From the NCBI GenBank assembly GCA_030390025.1, contig CM059431.1:116500001-116564000 (forward strand): DNA of 64,000 nucleotides, read 5' to 3'. A model generated the notes under the pieces. That model ran no database searches, was not told where the DNA came from, and saw only the letters and a program-made list of their open reading frames with translations. Below, piece by piece: positions 12,801 through 23,469 of this stretch. Every line of letters starts with the position of its first letter. Positions within the stretch are counted from its first letter, which is position 1. The stretch comes from Squalus acanthias (lineage: Eukaryota). Made by a program: the position numbers and the translations under genes.

Positions 12801-13570
12801 TAGATAGGCTATGTGAGTGGACAAAAATCTGGCAGATGGAGTATAATGTGAGAAAATGCGAGGTTATTCACTTTGGTAGGAAAAATAAAAAAACAAATTA
12901 TTATTTAAATGGGGAGAGATTACAAAATGCTGAGGTACAGAGGGATCTGGGGGTCCTTGTACATGAATCACAAAAAGTTAGCATGCAGGTACAGCAAGTA
13001 ATTAGGAAGGCAAATGGAATGTTGGCCTTAATTGCAAAGGGAATGGAATATAAAAGTAGGGAAGTTCTGTTACAACTGTACAGGGCGTTGGTGAGATCAC
13101 ACCTGGAGTACTGCATACAGTTTTGGTCTCCTTATTTAAGGAAGGATATACTTGCATTGGAGGCAGTTCAGAGAAGGTTCACGAGGTTGATTCCGGAGAT
13201 GAAGGGGTTGTCTTATGAAGAAATATTGAGCAGGTTGGGCCTATACTCATTGGAGTTTAGAAGAATGTGAGGGGATCTTATTGAAACATATAAGATTCTG
13301 AAGGGGCTTGACAGGGTAGATGCAGAGAGGATGTTTCCACTCATGGGGGAATCTAGAACTAGGGGGCATAATTTCAAAATAAGGGGGCACCCATTTAAAA
13401 CGGAAATTAGTAGGAATTTCTTCTCTCAGAGGGTTGTGAATCTTTGGCATTCTCTTCCGCAGAGAGCTGTGGAGGCTGGGTCATTGAATATATTTAAGGT
13501 GGAGATAGACAGATTTTTGAATGGTAAGGGAGTCAAGGGTTATGGGGAGCGGGCAGGGAAGTGGAGTTGA
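9846..13570 (+). pseudogene. CR1 ORF2p (APE endonuclease + reverse transcriptase), disrupted
   Basis: APE motifs YLNARS, ITET, GDFN, SDH; RT motifs QKAFDKV, GVPQGSVLGP, FADD. Stops at 10671, 11146 and 13268, a frameshift near 10725, and a MITE insertion at 11151-11886. Confidence 0.92.
11151..11886. mobile_element. Harbinger-type MITE inserted in CR1 ORF2
   Basis: TIR GGGCTGGATATTCCGATC / GATCGGAATATCTGGGCC; 3-bp AAT duplication; removing it restores ESGE*IMGNRE. Confidence 0.88.
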
Positions 13571-13930
13571 GGCCAAGATCAGATCAGCCATGATCTTATT
13601 GTATGGCGGAGCAGGCTCGAGGGGCCAAATTACATATTCCTGCTCCTACGTCTTATGTTCTTATGTTCTTATGTAGAAACACACCATTCCAGAACACGAT
13701 GATAATTTGCTCGTTGTCACAGAAGGAAGATGACAAATGTTCCTTTCAGAAACAAAAATAAATCCCTCGGTAGATAAAATTTATCATATGATGAATCTAT
13801 TACCACTTCAATAAATCATCCTATCACTTGAGAATCTGTTAAATGTGTTGAAAATGTTTTTGAACCAAAATCTTCAACAATATCGGCAACAAAAACTTAC
13901 CATACACCACTTAGTATGTAAATGACTTAC

Positions 13931-13958
13931 TTATTATTTCTTAACAAGGAAATGATAG
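13931..13958 (-). CDS. Possible 28-bp micro-exon
   Basis: Pyrimidine tract tttttattgctcctttactgattcAG|...AATAATAA|GTAAGT; reads IISLLRNN or YHFLVKK*. Confidence 0.2.
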
Positions 13959-14649
13959 CTGAATCAGTAAAGGAGCAATAAAAAACAGCATGGGAACTAA
14001 ATAGAGTTTAGTTAATGTAATATTCATTGTCTGTGTCTCATAAAATCATTGATTTGTAACAGTGATTCAGGCACTACCTGCACATACTATCATCACTGCT
14101 AGAATGCAATTGAACAAGGAAAAACTGATATAATATTTAATGAGTTTCCTGAATTCATTAAACAGAATAATCTTGAGCAACAATTTCCACTACAGGCAAG
14201 TAACATGCATGTATCTCCTGTTCACCCATGTACACCTTTATTTTTGGCCGCGATTTCATTACAATTTGCCTTGAACACATGCACAGAAATTTTGACGTGT
14301 AGTTCACCAGCATAATATGGGAACATTTCATGTGTATACAAAATGTAATGAGATAGCATTACCCAATTTTCAACTTGATGAACATGAATATTACATATGT
14401 ATAGGATAGAATTGGGTGAAGCCTGGATAGTGGGATGGTGCTGAACATTAGAGCGCTATCTCTCAGGTGGTTTGATCCCTGTTCAGCCCAGTTTCTGATT
14501 TGAGAGCTATGACAAGTTCATGTGTGGAGGCCCTGACATATCCTGTAAATGGCATGGAAAATTGGAAAGGAGAGTACTGCTTGGTACTCAGTGTCTCCAG
14601 GAAATTGACTAGGGGGAGCATTGTGGGTGGTTTGTGTAGGTTTTTAAAA

Positions 14650-16137
14650 ATTTGTTCATGGGATGAGGGCATCGCTGGCAAGGCCAGCATTTATTGCCCA
14701 TCTAATTGCCCTTGAGAAGGTTGTGTTGAGCCGCCTTCTTGAACCGCTGCAGTCCGTGTGGTGAAGGTACGCCCACAGTGCTGTTAGGTAGGGAGTTCCA
14801 GGATTTTGACCCAGCGACAATGAAGGAATGACGATATATTTCCGAGTCAGGATGGTGTGTGACTTGGAGGGGAACTTGGAGGTGATGGTGTTCCGATGCA
14901 CCTGCTGCCCTTGTCCTTCTAGGTGGTATAGGTCGTGGGTTTGGGAGGTGCTTTCAAAGAAGCCTTGGCGCATTGCTGCAGCGCATCTTATAGATGGTAC
15001 ACACTGCAGCCACGGTGCACTGGTGGTAGAGGGAGCGAATGTTTAAGGTGATGGATGGGGTACCAATCAAGTAGCCTGCTTTGTCCTGGATAGTGTCGAG
15101 CTTCTTGAGTGTTGTTGGAGCTGCACTCATCCAGGCAAGTAGAGAGTATTTCATCACACTCATGATTTGTGCCTTGTAGATGGTGGAAAGGTTTCGGGGA
15201 GTCAGGAGGTGCGACACTCACCACAGAATACCCAGCCTCTGACATGCTCTTGTAGCCATAGTATCTATGTGGCTGGTCCAGTTAAGTTTCTGGTCAATGG
15301 TGACGCTGAGGATGTTGATGGTGGGGGATTCGGCGATGGTAATGCCATTGAATGCCAAGGGGCCGTGGTTAGACACTCATTTGTTGGAGATAGTCATTGC
15401 CTGGCACTTGTGTGGTGCGAATGTTACTTGCCACTTATCAGCCCAAGCCTGAATGTCGTCCAGGTCTTGCTGCATTCGGGCACAGACCGCTTCATTATCT
15501 GAGGAGTTGCGAATGGAACTGAACACACTGTGCAATCATCAGCGAACATCCCCACTTCTAACCTTATGATGGAGGGAAGGTAATTGCTGAAGCAGCTGAA
15601 GATGGACACTACCCTGAGGAACTCCTGCAGCGATGTCCTGGGGCTAAGATGATTGGCCTCCAACAACCAAAACCATCTTCCTTTCTGTTAGGTATGACTC
15701 CAGCCAGTGGTGAGTTTTCCCCCTGATTTCCATTGACTTCGGTTTTACTGGAGCTCCTTGACGCCACCCTCGGTCAAATGCTGCCTTGATGTCAAGGGCA
15801 GTCACTCTCACCTCATCTCTGGAGTTCAGCTCTTTTGTCCATGTTTGAACCAAGGCTATAATAAGGTCTGGAGTTGAGTGGTCCTGGCGGAACCCAAACT
15901 GAGCATCGTTCAGCAGGTTATTGGTAAGTGCCGCTTGATAGCACTGTTGACGACACCTACCATCACTTTACTGACGATTGAGAGTAGACTGATGGGGCGA
16001 TAATTGGCTAGATTGGATTTGTCCTGCTTTTTGTGGAATGGGCATACCTGGGTAATTTTCCACATTGTCGGGTAGATGCCAAAGTTGTAGCTGTACTGGA
16101 ACAGCTTGGCTAAAGGGGCGGCCAGTTCTGGAACAGT
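14650..16137 (-). mobile_element. 5'-truncated, frameshifted non-LTR retrotransposon, family B (CR1-superfamily-type RT)
   Basis: Fragmented RT: VTALDIKAAFDR, GMFADDCT, LSTIYKAQI, LDTIQDKA; 3' end near 14650. Confidence 0.88.
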
Positions 16138-18026
16138 TTAGGGGTAATAGTAGAAAAATGACTTCTGTTCGAACCACATCACAAAGCATCATGGGTTAAC
16201 CAGTAGGTACAGCATGTGTCTAAAACATCTCTTTGTAGAATAAGTAGCCTGAGCAAGATAAGACAGCTTGTGCCGGAATTAACTGTATTCCTGCAGACAA
16301 TAGACCATTCGATGAGAATTGTATTATATGACTTTAGGAGTGCATACATTTTAAATAGGTTACCATGGATGCAGAATTATAGAGAGAATGTGCTGAACAG
16401 ACCAACCTTGAAGAAATAATGGCTGAGGCCTCCTGTCTGTACTGCAGACCTGGATAAAGCAAGTTTCTATCATTTTTCAAACAAAGAAAAGAGTACATCA
16501 TTTCTTGTGAGCAAAAGTAGGTGTGTCACAGAGAGGTTATATAAAGTGAGAGCATTCTGGTATAAGGGGACAGCTTGAATTTAAGACAACATGGTTCCAT
16601 CCAGCGGGCGGACTCATGTACGGCACTGTGGATGTACGGGACTTGCATGTTTACCATGGTTGATATATCAATAAAAGATACGGTAGAGGACAGAAAATCT
16701 GCTAGCCTTACATTTCTAAATAAAGTATTAAAGTTGCTGACACTAGTCTCTTAATTAGAACCCATTAATTAGTAAGACAAGGTGTTAGCTAGAAGCTTTG
16801 ACAGTCTGGTGGGAACGTGAGGAAGTCCTGAAGATGAGGAACAATTTTCAAATGAAAAAGTTGCTGGTAAAGAAAGCTGTGTGCTCCCAGGTTTACTCTG
16901 TGCACAACAGATGGAATAGTGGGCTTGCTTATTAACATGCTGCACCATGCTTTGGGGTGATTCAGCTTAGCAGCCTCAGCACTCCATATGCATTGTTGCT
17001 CATTTTAATTGGGTTACTGGGGGAGGGGCAGAGTAGAGCAACTGAGCCAGTGACAGTACCATCTATGGTCCTCTGAGCATATTATCCATACTTACCTTAC
17101 TCAGGCTGGCTTATTATTACTATTAAGCTAAAACTGCAGCTATAATTATATAGCACGTCAAACATATGGAAAAATTAGCTGACGTGGGAGCTTAACTGGA
17201 GCATGTTTGGAATATAGATAATGTGCAAATTTATATAGTGGGTTAGAGGTTAGTTCATGCATCCTCAAGTAGGCATGTGATGTTTGCTAGATATAAACAT
17301 CCAATCTTGTGAGCTTACATCTCATAGAATAATAAAGTGATACAGTTCTATAGCTAGTCATAGTTTAAAATTTGACTACGTCTATTTCACTCCATCTAGC
17401 ACTTCTCTAGCTGATGTCTTGAAAACCGCCTACATTACTGTGATAGAGCTACTTGGATTACCAAGGAGAATTAAAAGAACTGGCATCATTTTTGTTACAA
17501 TGCAGGTGATGCAATAATGAAATTTATATTGTTGAATTATTTGTTTGCAAATAATGAAGAAAAGGCTATGGGGGAGAAACTCGGCATGTTCGCGCCTCCC
17601 GTTAGCATCTGGTGGGGTGCTAACGGGGCGCGGCGAATCCAACGCCGTAGGCGAAATTCACCCGAGGTTTAGTGCTGGCACAAACAGTTAGCGCCGAGGC
17701 CTATTGTGACGTCAATGAGTTTGGAACACCCCGTTAACGGCCCAGATGTAAAATTGATTGTTGCCCCCTGCCTTAGCACCTGGCTTGAACAACGGCAGGA
17801 AGAGGAGGCGTGATGCATTCGGATGGCCACTGTAGGAGCGGTATTTAAAGGGATCAATATCCTCTTTCATTTTAGTGGCCAATCATTGCTGCCTTCTCAG
17901 TTTCACATTGCGAAACAGCCGTTTACAGTGAGTTAAACGTTTCTTACTTTCAGGAGTGTTCTGCCTGCTAAAAAGTTGTCATTTTCATTCTGCTAAGATT
18001 TCAAAGTCCTACACTTACTTACATTA

Positions 18027-19176
18027 ATAGGGGCTGTACTGGCTCTCTTCCTCGCCCTCCAGCAGCAACGTCGGAGGCAGCGGAGGCAGAGACAAAGATT
18101 GGGAAATATGGCCAGAGGGAGGAGGGCCAACAGGGCTCTCAACAGGAGGCCTTACTCTCCCTGGGTATTCCGGGAGCACTTCTCCGACATAAATTTAACT
18201 GAGTAGCAGTGTGTTAGAAGGCTCCGCTTAAGCAAGGAGGTGGTCACAGAGCTCTGCCACCTCCTGCAGCCAGACCTCATCAGGACCACCACGGCTCTCT
18301 CAGTGGCAGTCAAGGTCACCGTCGCCCTCAATCCTTCCAGTCTGCAGCAGGAGACATATCTAACATCTCACAGTTATCGTCCATTGCTGCATCCGGGAGG
18401 TCACAGAGGCTCTCTACAGAAGGAGAAGGGACTACATTTCCTTCCCCATCACCAGAGAGAAGCAGAACGAGTGTGCATGTGGCTTTGCCAGGATAGCGGG
18501 CTTCCCCATGGTGCAGGGTGCCATTGACTGTACCCACATCACTTTGTGGGCACCCCATAGCAATCCTGAGGTCTTCCATAATCGCAAAGGCTACCACTCA
18601 CTTAATGTGCAGTTGGTGTGCGACCACAGACAGCGAATCCTCACCGTCAATGCCCGCTATCCTGACAGCAGCCACGATGCCTTCATCCTGCGCCAGACCG
18701 GTGTGCCAGCACTCTTCCAGCCACCATGTCAAGCTCGCGGCTGGCTGCTCAGAGACAAGGGCTATCCGCTCTCCACCTGGCTCATGACTCCCCTCCGCAA
18801 CCCCAACACTCCTGCCCAGCACTCATATAATGAGAGCCATGCCACCACCAGGAACATTATCGAGCAGACCATCGGTGTGCTCAAGCAATGGTTCCACTGC
18901 CTTGACTGCTCAGGAGGAGCCCTCCAGTACTCGGCTGAGTGGGCGTCCCTTTTCGTCATGGTGTGCTGCATGCTGCACAACTTGTCCATCATGAGGGCCC
19001 AGCCATTGGCACCAGGCATAGCGGGACCACCTCAGGAGGAGGAAGAGGGAGAGGAGGAGGAGGAGGAGGAGGAGGAGGAACAGGAGGAGGAACAGCAGTG
19101 AGGGAGGAGGCAGCCATTCAATCGACTTTCTGAAAGGGCGGTCTGTGACCACCTCATCAGACTGCAGTTCCAATAA
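18027..19176 (+). pseudogene. Harbinger DDE transposase (HARBI1-like), decayed
   Basis: GAIDCTHI, NRKGYHSLNVQLVCD, SSHDAFIL, LLRDKGYP, RNIIEQTIGVLK, CCMLHN; start appears as ATA, with stops/frameshifts upstream of 18508 and a stop after the poly-Glu tract. Confidence 0.9.
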
Positions 19177-19419
19177 ATTCTACCCCACATCCCGGTTGCT
19201 CACCACATCCCCATCATTCCATCTATTTCACTTGCCATATCACAGCACAAAGCTGAAATGAGAGACAGCACAAAATCTGCAAAATTCAATTAATAAATTT
19301 ATCAACATTCAGTAAACACATATATACAACAACAATATTAACTAATCAACCTTGTGTAAACCTTACTTCCCCTCTTTACAGTGCCTTTTCCTAATCTACT
19401 GCTCCTATGTAGTCTGTCT

Positions 19420-21360
19420 GCAGTGGCTGCAGCAGGGCTGGTGGAAGGCTGCTGGGTGTCAGTGCCAGAGACTACAGATGGACTTGCAGGACGCCCTCAA
19501 CCAGCTCTGGGCCTGGAAGGCCTGGCTGTAAACTGCACCACCTCAGGCTGGGTGGCGGCACTCTGGCATGGCTGGATGACAGGAAGCAACAAGGGCAATG
19601 ATGGAGTGCCAGTGGTGGGATCAGGAATGCTATCATCCTGAGAGAGGACAGCAGGTTCCTGCTCCACTGACCCACTGCCACTCCCCCGGGGCAGCACCTC
19701 AGCATCCCTACCAATCTGCTGGAGCAAAGATTGCTGGCCTGCTGCGACACTGTGAGATCCCCGGTGGACTGTGGTGGACCCAGCGACGATGGCAGCAGTC
19801 AGAGCTTGCATGGCATCAAGCTGAGACTGCATGAGAGCAGTCTGAGACTTGATGGCAGCAACCATTGACTGCATTACAGCACTAAGACGTTGCGTGGCTT
19901 CCACCTGTGCTGCAATGGATGCTGCCACATCGCCCATGATACGCGGCATGAGGTCTGGGTCCCCACGGTCTCTCAGGGAGTCCACCATCCTTGGCAGACT
20001 GCCAAGGATGGGCTCCATGGTTTGCGCAGAGCTCTGTGCAATGTTGGAGGTTGACTCCTCCACACTCCTTACCATTGCTGAGAGGCTTTTGGCACCCTTG
20101 CCATTGCACCTATCATTTTGGTGTGCATGCCCATCACCCTTCTTGTGAATGCCTCCCCATCAAGGTCCTCATCTGGGTCCTGTGCAGGAGAACTCACGCG
20201 TGAACTCACCCTCCGGGGAGCTGGCTCCTGAGCTATCCTTTCCCCCTGGCCTTGCTGCAGCCCACTCGTCCTTGGTGCATCACCCAGTGCAGACCCCTCA
20301 ACTAAACTTGCCTCTAAAGATCACGTAGTCCCAGTATCTGAGGTGGTGCCTGCAGGTGAGACATGCAGTGACGCGGTGCTTTCTTCCTCCTCCTCTTCTC
20401 CCACCTCACTCTCACTGGGAGGCTCAGGGACAGGCTGGTCAGCTGGTTGCTGATTACCTGAAAGCATAAAGGCACAAGACTCGTGTTAAGGTGAGGGCAG
20501 GGGGGCAGGAAGGGAGCAAAGAATGCAGACAGTATAATGAGCTGGAAAGTGGGAAAAGATTGTAGCGTGAGGGGGAAATGGGATGATAGAAGGAGAGGGG
20601 ATGAACATACCGTTGTTGCCCCCAAGGGGGTCGACGTCGCCGACGGCCACGGCGCCCACCACCTGGCGCCCAATGACTCTCAGCACTCAGTTCTGACGAA
20701 AGGTCTTCGACCTGAAACGTTAACTCTGTTTCTCTCTTCACGGATGCTGCCTGGCCTGCTGAGTTTTTCCAGCATTTTCTGTTGTTATTTCAGACTCTCA
20801 GCATTCGCTCCTCCAGGTCTATAAGCCGTTGGATGTCCACTTTACCCCCGCCTGTTCATTCTTGCTCCCTCCTATTGTGGCCCAGCTTGGCCTGCAAGAG
20901 AAAGGAAAGTGTTTGAATGAGTGTGCAGCTATGTGTTTGGGAGATGTGTCTGCCATAGTTCAATAGCTGTGATTGTCGGCAAGGCGTGAGATGTGGATGT
21001 GAGATTTAGTAGGTGGAGATGCTTGGTGGGTGAGTGGTGGGGGTGTGGTGGTTTGTGCAGTGTGTACAGACTGAGGTTCACATGCTGGAATGTACGACTT
21101 GTTGAAACATGTACTCACCCTGACCACCCGAGTGAGGTTGTTGAAATTTTTACAACACTTTGTGAGAGTCCTGAGGACCACACTGCTGGCTGAGACATTC
21201 TGGGCCGCTTCCCTCCACATTGCCCTGAAGACCTGGGGCAATGGCCTCCTGCCAGTGGCCGGGAACAGCACTGCCCATCTCTTTCGACTGCTGCGACCAA
21301 TGCCTCCAATGCCTGGTCGCTGAAACGGCGAGCTCTCTCCCTGGGACTGGGATCAGCCAT
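19420..21360 (-). pseudogene. Harbinger Myb/SANT-like DNA-binding protein gene, three exons, decayed
   Basis: Exon 1 21360-21119 (MADPSPRERARRFSDQALEALV...WREAA...RTLTKCCKNFNNL, donor GTGAGT); exon 2 from 20891 (AKLGHNRREQE*TGGG); exon 3 from 20457 (acceptor ctttcAG). 3' end approximate. Confidence 0.8.
20689..20792 (+). repeat. Penelope-like repeat arm with complete minimal hammerhead motif, inserted in Myb exon 2
   Basis: AGTT-CTGACGA-A-AGGTC-TTC-GACCT-GAAA-CGTT-AACT; 14-bp duplication GACTCTCAGCA(C/T)TC at 20675-20688 and 20793-20806. Confidence 0.8.
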
Positions 21361-21427
21361 GAGGATAAGAGGTGTAGCTGTTGAATTGCTTTGAGGTCAC
21401 ATTCAGAGCCAGCAATGTTGAGAATGA

Positions 21428-21551
21428 GAAAGCAAAATACTGCAGATGCTGGAAATCTGAAATAAAAACAAAATGCTGGAAATACTCAGCAGGTCAGGCA
21501 GCATCTGTGGAGACAGAAGCAGAGTTAACGTTTCAGGTCAATGACCCTTCA
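21428..21551 (-). repeat. Penelope-like repeat arm with 3' tail
   Basis: AAAGCAAAATACTGCAGATGCTGGAAATCTG...GTTAACGTTTCAGGTCAATGACCCTTCA; no TSD seen. Confidence 0.75.
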
Positions 21552-21559
21552 ACGCTGCT

Positions 21560-23468
21560 GATGGTGTAAGCATGCACCCCCTGCTTCCCCCCAACCCCCC
21601 TCCCCTCACCACAGCCTTACCCATGTGCCATTCTCCTTTCAGATACCAAAGAACTGCAACCTGGCCAGGCAGAGGTGGAAGAGCAGGAAGATAGTGAAGA
21701 TGAAGACACACCATCACTCGATTTCACAGTCGCAGTAACCAGCTCAGATAATGACACTGCGCATAATTTAGAGGATAGCATAGAGGCGTGATCTGCACAT
21801 GGTGAGACACTGGGCACGAGTGGCCTACAGCCAGGGCAGGGGTAAGGGTAGTGCAGGTGCCAGCTCGCCCGAAGGCGCGGTCTTACACAAGTTCTGCTGC
21901 AGAGGACTCAGATGAGCACTTCGATAGGGCAGGCTACAGAAAAAGGCTGATGGGTATTCATAATGAAATGCTTGGTGCATTGGGAAGCCTGCCAGAAAGC
22001 CTACATGTAATGTCAAGGAGCATGGAGGAGTCCGGCACAAACTTGGCACAGGGCTTTGCGCAGAGCTTGGAGCCCATCCTTTCCAACATGGAAGTGGTGG
22101 CCAACTCCATTAGCACACTTGTGGACCCAACCATGATGCAGCGTCTGATGGTCAATGTCTCAGCTTCCATTGCAGCACAAACAGCAGCTACCCAACGTCT
22201 GAGTGCTGCAGTGGAAGCTCAGAGTGGCTGACCTCATGGCTCTGGATTTCAGTGTTCAAAGAGGTTTCCAGGATGTCACAGCAGTCCAGCAATCTGTCCT
22301 CCAACAGATTACTAGGATTGCTGAGGCGCCGCCCCGGGAGACTGGCAGTGGCTCCATGGAGCATAAATCTGCTGTCCTCTCTCAAGATGACAGCATTCGT
22401 CCTCCTAACACTGGCACTCAGCCAGTGCCCTTGCTGTTGCCTGTCAGCCAGCTGGCCCAGACTGCTGTCACACATGCCGAGATGGTGTAGTCTGAAGCTG
22501 GGCCTTCTAGGCCCAGAGCTGCTCAAGGTCATCCTCCAAGGCTATCTGCAGTCTCCCCCATTGAAATTCAGCAGCCTTCCACCAGTCATGCTGCATCCAC
22601 TGGGGTAGCACTGCAAAGGAACAAGCAAAGGCACGTGGAAGACAGGCATGAAGTGAATGCACAGGGGTGATTAGTTTACGTTTGTATGCAATATGGCATG
22701 ATTTGATTTATAAATTTGGTTTGGAATGTTTATTTTGTGGAGGCCAAGCAGACGCTGTGATGGTCAGTGACAGAGAGATGGTAAGATGTGGGACTGAATG
22801 GGGAATTGAGGTTGCGGTTGCTGGTATTGCACTCAGATGCGTTCTTCACGGACAGCCCAGCCAGAAAGGGGCTGTCTGGTTCGCCTCCTCCCTTCCTCTT
22901 CCTCATCCTCCTCTTCTTCCTCTTCCTCTTCCTCCTCCTCCTCCTCCTCCTGCTCCTCAGCTGGTCGTCGTATGGCTGGTGGCAATGGCTGGGCCCTCAT
23001 GCTGGCGAACATGCTGCAGACCACCACAAATCTTGACACACACTCTGCTGAGTACTGCATGGTTGCTCATGAGCAGTCCAAGCAGTGGAAGCATTGTTTC
23101 AGCACACCAATGGTCTGCTCTATCACATTTTGTGGCAGCATGGCTTTCATAAATGCATGCTGCGCACATGTGTGTGAGTCATGAGTCATGTTGCCAGCGG
23201 ATAGCCCTTGTCGCCCTGTAGCCACCCTTTGGTTTGTCACGGTGGCTCCAATGCAGATGGCATAGCGGACTGCTGCAGAATGAAGGCATCTTGACTGCTG
23301 CCAGGATACCTGGCAATGACCTGCATGATTCGCTGCCTATGGTCGCACACCAGCTGGAAGTTGAGGGAGTGGAATCCCTTTCAGTTCCTGTACGTGGCAG
23401 AGTTGACATGCAAGCCTGCAAAGCGATGTGCGTGCGGTCAATGACACCCTGCACCACAGGGAAGGTTG
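21560..23468 (-). mobile_element. Internal fragment of a second Harbinger subfamily: Myb last exon (+, ~21643-22670) and partial transposase (-, ~22830-23468)
   Basis: VVQGVIDRTHIAL, VSRFVVVCSM, poly-Glu tail GRRRTRQPLSGWAVRE; AVLSQDDSI motif shared with the ORF at 19497-20075. Confidence 0.8.
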
Positions 23469-23469
23469 C

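Larger units (their letters stand above)
8680..13673 (+). mobile_element. Near full-length CR1-clade LINE
   Basis: ORF1 + ORF2 + 3' UTR hairpin (GGAGCAGG...CCTGCTCC) + (CTTATGTT)n tail at ~13652-13673; 5' boundary approximate. Confidence 0.92.
17570..21425 (+). mobile_element. PIF/Harbinger DNA transposon (two-gene type), right end missing
   Basis: GGGGGAGAAAC start, CpG-rich subterminal region, transposase on + and Myb/SANT gene on -, convergent. Confidence 0.85.

Noticed and set aside
16166..16742. Possible solo LTR (TG...CA, TATA-like and AATAAA signals)
   Set aside because: No TSD, no second copy and uncertain ends.
17096..17127. Minus-strand donor AAG|GTAAGT with nearby acceptor
   Set aside because: All three frames of the implied 32-bp exon contain stops.
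18508..19101. Domesticated HARBI1 gene
   Set aside because: Upstream frame is broken, the start codon is lost, and it sits in a transposon with a Myb partner and multiple local paralogs.
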